From assembly GCA_964016885.1 (NCBI GenBank), contig CAXHJY010000415.1, positions 1 through 50,138 of the forward strand: a DNA stretch of 50,138 nucleotides. The letters run 5' to 3'. A program made the position numbers and the translations under genes. Below, piece after piece: positions 1 through 16,653 of this stretch (position 1 is the first letter of the stretch; the number at the start of each line of letters is the position of its first letter). The notes beneath the pieces are model-generated. The model was not told the origin of the DNA, made no database searches, and worked only from the letters and a program-made list of their open reading frames with translations. The stretch is from Eledone cirrhosa. Taxonomy: Eukaryota.

Positions 1-169
1 GACAGATTCAGAATACTGAGTGCATATCTTACTATTATCTTCGAACTTCTCTTAAACTAATCAACAATATGCCAAATCAACAGACACATTCACAAAAAAA
101 CAAAAAGCCCAATAAAACAAAAAAACCAGAAAAACAAAAGAAACCACACCTAAAAAACAAAAAAACACA

Positions 170-355
170 CATACTCACTCACACACTTACGCGCAACCAT
201 AAAGACACACATAAACACATATACACACATAAAAACACACACACATATATAAAAAATATATAAACATATACAAATATAAATATATATTCATGTACACACA
301 CATACATACACACATACATACATACATATATAAAATACATATACACACATACATA

Positions 356-415
<60 letters not shown>

Positions 416-541
416 TACACATATACACATATATATATACACACACATACACACACACACACATACATACATATATATATACATATATACAAATACATAC
501 ATATATATACAAATATATATACATATATACATATACATACA

Positions 542-577
<36 letters not shown>

Positions 578-710
578 CACACACACACAGATACATACAC
601 ACATACACATACATACACAGATACACACATATATACACAAATAAATACACTCACACGCATACATACAAACACGAGTATACATATGTATAAATATCTATAC
701 ACACACACAT

Positions 711-777
<67 letters not shown>

Positions 778-814
778 CATATACACACATACAAACACAC
801 ATATATATACACAC

Positions 815-877
<63 letters not shown>

Positions 878-930
878 CATATACATACACATACACACAC
901 ACATACATATACGTACACACATACACACAT
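170..930. repeat. Mixed (CA)n/(TA)n/(TACA)n low-complexity tract
   Basis: Directly visible. Similar tracts form the 3' regions of the decayed PLEs at 8480-9150 and 23940-24780, so this may be another PLE tail. Confidence 0.9.
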
Positions 931-7510
<6,580 letters not shown>

Positions 7511-8478
7511 GCTATAAGAACAGATTAAAGTTTAAGCAAAGAATCGCTGCTCTCAAAATTAACGGGATCTTCTGAAACTCAAAAATTTAATCTGTGAACG
7601 CAGAAGTAAATATTTCGATAAACGTTGCAACCGAAGCAAAAAAGGAAGACCATATTTTGGTTCGTGAAGACGTTCCCTGGTAATGAACGGAAAAAAAGTT
7701 CACAACCGATTTTCACAAAACTTGACACATGGGCTACGTTTGTTCTACAGATGAATGTGAACTCTCAGAATTGGCACATATTGAGTAGGGGACCCCTGGA
7801 GGCAGGAATCCCCTTACGAAAAAAGCCCATGATTTTGTAAAAGTATAGTTTTCGAAGCAGCACTGAAGTATTGACATAAATGGTATACATAACAGCTATT
7901 TAATACCCGAACAACGCCGGGTACCTCTGCTAATATATATATACGGAGAGAGAAAGGGATATAAACGAGAGTGAGCAAAGGCAGAAAACTGGAAAATATT
8001 TTCAGAAGGAAAACACAGAGTAGTTAGACACCCCCACCCATATATATATATATATTTATTAAAATAACTGATTGAAGTTTAAGCAAAGAATCGCTGCTTT
8101 CACCCTTAACGGGATCTTCTGAAACTAACAAAGTCAATCTGTGAACGCAGAAGTGAATATTTCAAAAAACGTTGCAACCTGAGGAAGACAGGAAGACGAT
8201 ACTTTGGTTCGTGGAAACGTTTCCTGGCAAAGAACGGGAAAAAACGAAGTAATACATCATTATTTGGAGCGGTGAAAAACAATTACACGCAAAGACAAAA
8301 CCACGTTTATGGTATAAAAGAAGTCGTAGACTAATATTCTATTAGGTGGTTCATAGAGACGTTCTCTGGTAATGAACGGAAAAAACGAAGATAATACGTC
8401 ATATGTGGAGCGTGGAGAACGATTGCACGCAAAGACAAAACCACGAGAATGGTATAATTGAAGTCGTAGACTAAAATT
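7511..8478 (+). repeat. Left arm of a diverged inverted repeat (composite of non-coding repeat units and a Helitron-like end)
   Basis: 7511-7698 is the reverse complement of 12781-12936; 7699-8478 is the reverse complement of ~11408-12260. Internal ~137 bp subrepeat at 8200-8475. Confidence 0.88.
7699..7933 (+). mobile_element. Non-autonomous Helitron-like 3' end fragment
   Basis: Ends in the hairpin TACCCG-aacaacgc-CGGGTA, then cctctgCTAA and T (CTRR rule). The same terminus sequence lies on the minus strand at ~27782-27797. Confidence 0.6.
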
Positions 8479-8479
8479 C

Positions 8480-11400
8480 TAAATAGGAAATAGAATGATT
8501 CTCAGCTTCAGAGTTAAGAATAAAGTAAATAAAATACAGAGGTAATTGAAATTAAATAAATAGATACACGCATCCATATACATACATACACAAGCATGCG
8601 CGAAAACACTCGCCATATGTATACAAATACACGCACGTACACACAAAAGAAACGCACGCACATACAGAACCCAAGCTACGCCTGTACCCGCACGCGTACG
8701 AATGTATACACCAAATACATAAAAATATATATTTAAAAAATATATATATATATACATATATGTGTGTGCACATATAATTAAATAAACGTATATAAATAAA
8801 TAAATACGTATATAACAAGCGTACACACATACCTACATGTAAATACACATATGTTCGGAGACGTACGTCAACCAAAACTCAAAGTAAACATATACACACC
8901 CTACATACGTACGAACCCGCATACTCACACAGACGCAAACCTCACGTATACACATAACCAAAAGCATATGTACCCGAATATATAATATATACGCCATAAC
9001 ATATACAATCAAATATACGTACGAGAAAGTATACGTACCTTCACAAAACATACAGGTAATATATACTTACCTATGCAAATTAGTAATGGTATAAACAAAA
9101 CATATACTTAGCTATCACATCAAGACGTAAAATATCCGCGTATATTTCTTACTATCCGTTAGGGTATAATATGGGGCTGTAATACAGGAAAGTTTTGTGC
9201 AATTTATGTTTACAAGCCGAAATTGCCTCAGATTTTTTGTTTAAGATGTGGTCTTTGGCGTAGAGTATTTCCAGGGCGTCAGCCACGCAGAGGACACATG
9301 GTTTTTTATTTCCGTTATACGATCTAGCCCTAGCTAGGATCTCCCAGTAAAACTTATATTGGGTGTGGGTGATTTTAGACTCCAGATATAAGCTGAAAGT
9401 GACGTCATATTCCTTCTTAGAGGGTTACGAAAAGAATGAGTATGCATGTAAAAACGCTTCTTGAATCTATTGGCGGTTAACCCTATGTAGGCCCTACGGG
9501 ACGTGGGTGTTTCAACCTTGCAATTGTAGACAATGTTACTAGAGAGGCATTTCCCGGATAGGGGCAGTCAACCCGATTCATACAATTACAGTTAGTACTA
9601 ACTACAGGGTTGCACGTGATCCTACGGCTAGGTAGTTTAGCTAATTTTGAAGCTGAGATGTTATGTGCAAGGTTAGGAGTCGTGGAGTAAGAAATTTTAA
9701 TAGTATTTCTATTAAAAATGTTACTATATTTATGTGTAGGGGGAAAATGCTTCGTAATAAGGGAAAGGAAGATCTTAGCTAATGGTGTGGCCACCTCCAT
9801 ATTATATGGGGGGGGGGTTATACCATATAATGCGTCAGAATCTATTTCTTCTAGGTCTATTCTCGTACTCTGTATATGCTACCTTATCGACAAATCCACT
9901 CCGAGCAAGGGCTTCATTGTAATATGTGGAATGGTAGTTGAAAATATGCTCGTTAGTAGATAGACGGGAAAGCCTCAAAGGAACGTTTCTTACCAGGTTC
10001 TTGGTTATGCTGGCATGATGGTTAGAATGCTTACTTATGTAATTAAGCATATCATTCGGCTTTCTATACGGGCAATGCAAGCCATTCGATAAATTGAGAG
10101 TAAGGTCGAGGTAATTAACGACCGAGAGGTTTCTCTCAACCTGTATGGAGAGGTTGAAGCCTTTAAAGATGGCTGTAAGTTATTTTCTGAACCTGTCGCA
10201 AGGACGTCGGCCGCACTTAGTCATGGTCAAAAGACTATCATCACGGTACAAACCACCGCCCACGTTGGGGAATTCTTCCTTGATAGAGAAAAGGCCGATA
10301 AGATCAGTAACCTCCACAGAATCGCTGGCGTTATACTCACGTCGAATGAGGTACTATTAGGTTTTTTAATCCAAATAGAGTCGTCGAAATTAATCACCGA
10401 CCTATGGGCATTGAGGATGACATCAACTTCGAAATCCTTAACCACTGTGAGTGTTTTAGCGAAATTGATAGCTCTAAGGAGAAGTGGTAAAGTGATGGAG
10501 GAGTAGTAATTATTGATGTCGAATTGGATAAAACGGCAATGTTCCTTGTTGCATATGCCGTTGAACCAATCAATCACTGCGAAAGAATTGTTCCACAGTG
10601 CAAGAGGGGCCAAACTTCTAATTTCAGGTATAATTCTATCAAGAATCCTTTTACTAAGTCTACCTAAATCGGACTTCGTAGGGTTAATAAGCCGAATAGA
10701 GGGGTTGTTCGGAAAATTAGATTTGTGATCCTTCAGGGTAAAGTGGGGAGAAATAGGGTCCAGAGGTTCACCGGTCTAGGATGTTGAGATCAGATGTGAT
10801 TTTAAACCCAGCATCGTTGATTTCATTAATGACGCTCCGATTAGTTCTACGGTAATCCTTAGTTACAGCATTATGTAGCAGTTGATGGTAAGTACTACGC
10901 TCTACTTGATATAGATTGCCAGTTTTGTCGGAATGGACGTGCACGGTATTAGAATCCTTAATAGAACGAATTCTATTCTTAAGTGCCTGCTGGAAGGAAT
11001 TGCTCCTATTCCGAAAATTGATACTCCGTATGAGTTCGAAGACATCATTTTCGAAGGGTAGCAATGCTGGGATACTCGGAGGGTTATTATAAGGTTTTAA
11101 ATCCAAATTTATCCTGTTTGTTGTCTGCTTTTCCCTGATTATCGAAATAAAAGGCACGCCAACGCAACCTTTTTTTTGTATCAGGAGTTTTAGGTATGTT
11201 TTCCTGCCTGGTACGGGTATTGTTCTTTGTAGAAATATTCAGATGTTGTTTCTGCATGATGAATATAAGTCAATAGAGTGCTCAACCGAGGAAGCCAAAT
11301 AGTAATAATAATAAATTTGAAGACTAAAATCCAAATAGGGCTCGATAAGGATAAATATATATCAAATATATAAGAACCGTAGAGCAAATATTTATATATG
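8480..11400 (-). mobile_element. Decayed near full-length Penelope-like element, lineage 2 (Naiad-like), copy 1
   Basis: RT and GIY-YIG fragments, a CA-rich 3' region and a 5' UTR. Homologous to 23580-26582. Clade assignment is from remembered motifs only. Confidence 0.85.
9160..11257 (-). pseudogene. Frameshifted PLE RT + GIY-YIG endonuclease
   Basis: Fragments MQKQHLNISTKN, RLRWRAFYF, SDKTGNLY, FIQFDINNYYSSI, YRDD, PYRKPND..YISKHSNH, KHFPPTHKY..IFNRNTIKISYS, CNC..DCP, YIGLTANRFKKRF. Many frameshifts. Confidence 0.88.
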
Positions 11401-11407
11401 TATAGTT

Positions 11408-11926
11408 AAAATTTTAGTCTACAACTTCAGTTATACCATTTACGTGGTCTTGTCTGCGTGCAATTGTTCTCTCCGTTCCACATATGACGTATTATCTTCG
11501 TGTTTTCCGTTCATTGCCAGAGAACGTCACTATGAACCACCTAATAGAATATTAATCTACGACTTCTTTTATACCATAAACGTGGTTTTGTCTTTGCGTG
11601 TAATTGTTTTTCACCGCTCCAAGAATGACATATTATCTTCGTTTTTGCCCGTTCTTTGCCAAGGAACGTTTCCACGAACCAATGTATCGTCTTCCTGTCT
11701 TCCTCCGGTTGCAACGTTTTTTGAAATATTCACTTTTGCGTTCACAGATGGACTTTGTTAGTTTTAGAAGATCTCGTTAAGGGTGAAAGCAGCGATTCTT
11801 TGCTTAAACTTTAATCTGTTATTTTAATAAATATATATATATGGGTGGGGTGTCTAACTACTCTGTGTTTTCCTTCTGAAAATATTTTCCAGTTTTCTGC
11901 CTCTGCTCACTCTCGTTTATCTCTCG

Positions 11927-12012
<86 letters not shown>

Positions 12013-12936
12013 ATATATATAAGCAAAGGTATCCGGCGTTGCTCGGGTATTATATAGCTGTTATGTATACCATTTATGTCAATACTTCAGTGCTGCTTCG
12101 AAAACTATACTTTTACAAAATCATCGGCTTTTTTCAAAAGGGGGTTCCTGTCCCCAGGGGTCCCCTACTCAATATGTGCCAATTCCAGAGATTAGATTCA
12201 TCTGTAGAACAAACGCAGCCCATGTGTCAAGTTTTGTGAAAATCAATCGGTTGCGAACTCTAGAAGTTATGACGTTTTGTTGCATTGCACTACAGTGCTT
12301 CAGTTGACTCCAAGGAAGCGGTTAAATGGGGTTATCTGCCGGGAGGCCCTATAATCAATATCTGGAAAAATGAAAGTGCCCATGACCATCCGCAGTACAT
12401 AAGTAACCTATGTTTTAAGTTTGGTGAAAATACTGTAGAAATGCATAAGGTTTACACACACGCGCGCACGCGTGCGTGCGTGCGTGCGTGTGTGTGTGTG
12501 TGTGTGTTTGTGTGTTTGTGTGTATGTGTGTATGTATTTGTGTGTGCGTATGTATATGTATGTGTATGTCCGTCGGCACATACGTATTTACTGGCCTAAA
12601 TCTTCACTATTTACTTTTACCATTTTAATAACCTCTGTCATTTTGCTTTTCAATGTTATGTACATCATTATTAAACTCCAGTGCTGGAAATCACTTGGTT
12701 ATTTTAAATATAATATTAGTCTAACGACTCCATTTATACCATATACTTGGTCTTGTCTTTGCATGAAATTGTTCTTCTCGCTTTTTTCCGTTCATTACCA
12801 GGGAACGTCTTCACGAACCAAAATATCGTTTTCCTGTTTTGCTCAGCGTTCACAGATTAAATTTTTTAGTTTCAGAAGATCCCGTTAATGTTGAAAGCAC
12901 CGATTCTTTGCTTAAACTTTAATCTGTTCTTATAGC
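11408..12936 (-). repeat. Right arm of the inverted repeat, with a (CT)n expansion and ~520 bp absent from the left arm
   Basis: Reverse complement of 7511-8478. Extra segment ~12260-12780; Helitron-like terminus near 12020-12050. Confidence 0.85.
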
Positions 12937-12996
12937 AAATATATATATATATATATCTATATATACATACCTACACATATATATGCTGTCTTCAGA

Positions 12997-13056
<60 letters not shown>

Positions 13057-13167
13057 AATTAGTATATCCACCAACATATATATACAGATGCATACCTATG
13101 CTAGCAAATATGTAGGTTTTGTCTTAGTAACTTTGTGGTTCAATGCAAGGGGATGCAGAACAATAAT

Positions 13168-13626
13168 ATGAAAGACGTAAAATAAGAAAATTATAAAAAT
13201 TAACTTACGAAAATTTCACTCCAACTAATTAGTTTCTGAAAGGGAATAAACATGGTTTCCGAATGGAACAGCATGTATAAATCCTTTCGTCATCAGGGAA
13301 GTCTATTCTCAGCTAAGTTCCCAGGCAATGCGTGGACACATGGAACTTATACAAAAATAATTCAGTGGATGGAAAAAAGCAAAGCGTGGACTAAGTTCCA
13401 AGACACTAAAAAAATCACAGCCTACTTGGTCGGTGGCAAATTCAAAAGAATCAATCACGTGACATCGAGGTTAATCAGTGAGGAGTGGTGTGTTAAGAAG
13501 ACAGCAGCCGGACCATTACTATGAACTATTGCAGCAGTTTTGGCAAATTTTTGGTCAACAAAATAATTTGGAGATAATTATAAAGTAAGTTAATTTTTAT
13601 AATTTTCTTATTTTACATCTTTCATA
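13168..13626 (-). mobile_element. Short non-coding element (unit A) with ~40 bp terminal inverted repeats and a hammerhead motif
   Basis: TATGAAAGACGTAAAATAAGAAAATTATAAAAATTAACTTAC at the left and its near-complement at 13585-13626. Diverged second copy at 45053-45462. Confidence 0.7.
13218..13302 (-). ncRNA. Type I hammerhead-like motif with long stem II
   Basis: Minus strand: ACTTCC CTGATGA c GAAAGG...CCTTTC a GAAA CTAATTAG TT GGAGT; palindromic stem III. Confidence 0.55.
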
Positions 13627-13793
13627 TATATATATATTTATATATATATATATATTAGAAAGTGAGGTTTTTTTTACAAAATGAAAAATAACCGAGGTGT
13701 CCTACACGAGTGAAAGTATAAAGAAAAAGAGATGAAATCGAAAATGCAACTGGAGTCTTATTTTTTTTTTTAAATATATATATTTATTTGGTT

Positions 13794-13831
13794 GCTTTAC
13801 CGGTTTCGCAGTTCTTCTGCTTTTCAAAAGG
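13794..13831 (-). ncRNA. Minimal hammerhead, U3-A8 core variant
   Basis: Minus strand: CTT TTGAAAA GCAG aagaa CTGC GAAA CCGG TA AAG. Confidence 0.6.
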
Positions 13832-13906
13832 TGAGTTGAGATGGATAGTCTGTGGTTTTTCTCACATCTGATGTGAGAAAAACCACAGACCCTCCATCTC
13901 AACTCA

Positions 13907-13944
13907 CCTTTTGAAAAGCAGAAGAACTGCGAAACCGGTAAAGG
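13907..13944 (+). ncRNA. Minimal hammerhead, U3-A8 core variant
   Basis: CCTT TTGAAAA GCAG aagaa CTGC GAAA CCGG TA AAGG: stems I and II intact, palindromic stem III ACCGGT, GUA cleavage triplet. Confidence 0.68.
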
Positions 13945-14016
13945 AACCAAATAAATATATATATTTTTTAAAAAAATAAGACTCCAGTTGCATTTTCGAT
14001 TTCATCCCTTTTTCTT

Positions 14017-14066
<50 letters not shown>

Positions 14067-14154
14067 CCATCGATTACCTGTACTAGACACAGAGCTCTGG
14101 TTAGATACTATTAACAACCAAAAACAAATCCTCCATTCCCATTATGCCAAACCC

Positions 14155-15045
14155 ATGACTTCCAAACATCTGATCCACCGAAACTCGGCCATTTCGGACC
14201 ATACCAAAATCAACATACTGATTGCGGATTTGGTACGGGTGATGAGAAATGTGTCCCGCATGTGCAACCCCGAAGAACTAGAGAGACACATACAACACTT
14301 CATCCACCGTATGCAGTTCTCTGGCTACAATCAGAGAGATAGAATCAGAGTGTATAAAGGAGCCAGAACCAAATGGGAAAAAATGGTAAATAATGACATA
14401 AATGGGACCTGCCCCTTGTATAGGAGCAAATTTTGGAATAGAATAGAAAGAACTAAGAACAAGGCCAATAGAATAAACTCATGGTATGATAGCAATAAAT
14501 ACCAGAGTGTAATGTTCATCAATACAACCCCTAGAGGCGAACTAGCCTACAAATTTAGAAGGGCCCTAAAGAAACATAACCTCAATATTAAGATAGTAGA
14601 AAGACCTGGTACCTCCGTAAAAACACTTATTAGCAAGACATACCCGTTCCAAAGACCCTCATGTATAGATAAGAAATGTATAACCTGTAAAATAAGCCCC
14701 CATATTAACTGTAAAACTAGAAATGTAGTATATAGCATAAGATGTACTGAAGGACAATGTAGAAACAAAAATGTAGTGTACATAGGTGAGACAGCTCGTA
14801 GTATAGGGGAACGAATAAATGAACACTGGCGAGACCTCCAAGATAGTAAAGAATCATCTGTGCTCTACCAACATGCTAAGATAGAACACAGGGGTAAATT
14901 AGAGAGCATAGAAATAAAAATAGAATCCACACACAAGAAAGACGCAAGGTTTAGGCAAATTACAGAGGCAGTAAGCATAAAAGAATTAAAACCAAAATTA
15001 AATAGAAAATATGAGTGGAACAGCAACATCACAACTTACAATTAA
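14155..15045 (+). pseudogene. 5'-truncated duplicate of the PLE C-terminus (thumb, Cys linker, GIY-YIG)
   Basis: Almost identical to the last ~298 aa of the ORF at 16626-19334; motifs VVYSIRC and YIGETARSIGERINEH. Confidence 0.92.
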
Positions 15046-15350
15046 GGACAAAATGAAAACACACACACACATAGAACAAACAACTTACAATTGAAAACAC
15101 ACACAAAATGAAAACACACACAAGACAAAATGAAAACACACACACACATAGAACAAACAAGCAACCAACAATAAATAAATAAATAAACAAACAAATAGAA
15201 AAATATAAATAGAAAAATAGAAAAATGAACACAAACACACACAGACACCCGGATGTGGCGCATGCGCAAACTGAGCACGCAACCCACACACAAACAAAAT
15301 GGCGTAGGATAGAAGAAAGGAAAGGCACAGAAACGAAGAAAGAAATCCCC

Positions 15351-15395
15351 AGTCACTGAAGAGGTCACAGAGTGTGTGACGAAAGAACTATGACT
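15351..15395 (+). ncRNA. Minimal type I hammerhead in the 5' pseudo-LTR
   Basis: AGTCA CTGAAGA g GTCACA gagtg TGTGAC GAAA GAAC TA TGACT. Hammerheads in PLE pLTRs are established. Confidence 0.78.
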
Positions 15396-15528
15396 ATATA
15401 TATATAAACAACTATCTGGTTGTGGAACCAACCAACCAACCAGAAATTTATAAATTTGTAAATTTATAAATATTTAATAAATTAAATTGAAGTGAAAGCA
15501 ACTGGTGCGTGTGTTTCTTATTGGCAAC

Positions 15529-16653
15529 ATGACCCTCCCAAAGTATAACAATATCGGTTTCAACACACGATTTCAGATAAAGAATCTTGCTAAACAAATT
15601 CAGAAACGAAATATCGTAAGCCTTAGCCAGGCTAACAAGATACTGAAAACCACCATGTTCTGTTGTCTACGAAAAACCATAACATCTCGACAACTACACT
15701 TCATAAAACTGTGCACCACTTCTAGAATCTACACCAACACCATCAATACTGACGTTAGAAGATTACAACTCACCAAAAAACAAGCAGATAGGCTAAAACG
15801 AACTTTAATTCTAAACATAAAAAAGAAGATCTATAGAGAATTAAGTCATCAAGAAAAACTAAAGCGTAACCTAATAGATGAAATATCTAAAATCACCACA
15901 CCAGCAGAAAAACTAACATTTATAAGCCTTATACGCCCCGAAGAACAGTACATTACTCAAGAATGTAATAAGCACTTTAACAGAAAATTAAAGTGGCTTA
16001 AACAGGCAAAGCTAAATCGGGATACTATAGAGTATACCAATAGATATCCCGACAAAATTGACGGTATCAACATGGCCGACACCTCATTATCTGAAGAGTT
16101 CAACAATGAAAATACCAACATCTATGGAAACACGGAAATAGATAATAATGAAATGTCTGTGTTACGTCTGCCACCCAAATTTGCGACATTCAAGAAGGTA
16201 AATATGATTAGTTGTCTGTCAGAAATAGAAAAATCATTTACGAAACTACGCTGGAGCATCAAAAACAAAAACAAAAGCAACAATATACGCACACACATAT
16301 ACAACACACATCCCAACAACAACAGACACACAGACACAAACAACAATAACAACAACAATAGCAACATACCCAGATACAACAACAACAATAGCAACATACC
16401 CAGATACAACAGACACGCAGACACAAACAACAATAACAACACACACGGAGACAATAATAACAACAACACACACATCAACAACAACAACAATAGCAACATA
16501 CCCAGATACAACAACAACAGACACGCAAACACAAACAACAATAACAACACACACAACAACGATAACACACACACACACGGAGACAACAACAACACACATC
16601 AACAACAACAACACACACGCATTCAATGCCTCTCACCACCACCACAATCTTAA
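15529..16653 (+). CDS. PLE protein N-terminal part with Asn-rich region (frameshifted relative to the RT part)
   Basis: Start MTLPKYNNI is conserved at 19818, 44168, 36783(-) and 50032(-). Homologous to the N-terminus of 40317-43661 (YPD.ID.I.M.D..L.EEF.N, LPPKFA). Confidence 0.8.
   Translation: MTLPKYNNIGFNTRFQIKNLAKQIQKRNIVSLSQANKILKTTMFCCLRKTITSRQLHFIKLCTTSRIYTNTINTDVRRLQLTKKQADRLKRTLILNIKKKIYRELSHQEKLKRNLIDEISKITTPAEKLTFISLIRPEEQYITQECNKHFNRKLKWLKQAKLNRDTIEYTNRYPDKIDGINMADTSLSEEFNNENTNIYGNTEIDNNEMSVLRLPPKFATFKKVNMISCLSEIEKSFTKLRWSIKNKNKSNNIRTHIYNTHPNNNRHTDTNNNNNNNSNIPRYNNNNSNIPRYNRHADTNNNNNTHGDNNNNNTHINNNNNSNIPRYNNNRHANTNNNNNTHNNDNTHTHGDNNNTHQQQQHTRIQCLSPPPQS

Larger units (their letters stand above)
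13655..14020. mobile_element. Fold-back element (unit B), ~150 bp arms, flanked by (TA)n
   Basis: 13717-13868 is a near-perfect inverted repeat of 13870-14020 (centre ctcacatc-t-gatgtgag). Other copies at 33053-33254 and 45470-45821. Confidence 0.9.

Noticed and set aside
8065-8145. Possible hammerhead in the arm repeat (..GATT...GAAAC TAACAAA GTC AATC..)
   Set aside because: No CUGANGA-like core in any of the copies.
8200-8478. Repeat-spacer pattern resembling a CRISPR array
   Set aside because: Only two diverged ~137 bp tandem subunits, in a eukaryotic context with no cas genes.
9160-9620. Selenocysteine recoding as reported for some Naiad PLEs
   Set aside because: The conserved Cys positions I checked here and in the other lineage-2 fragments are not in-frame TGA; no SECIS was recognised.
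14066-15554. True LTR retrotransposon
   Set aside because: The repeats contain coding sequence, there are no TG...CA ends, gag or integrase, and the protein is a PLE-type RT with GIY-YIG.
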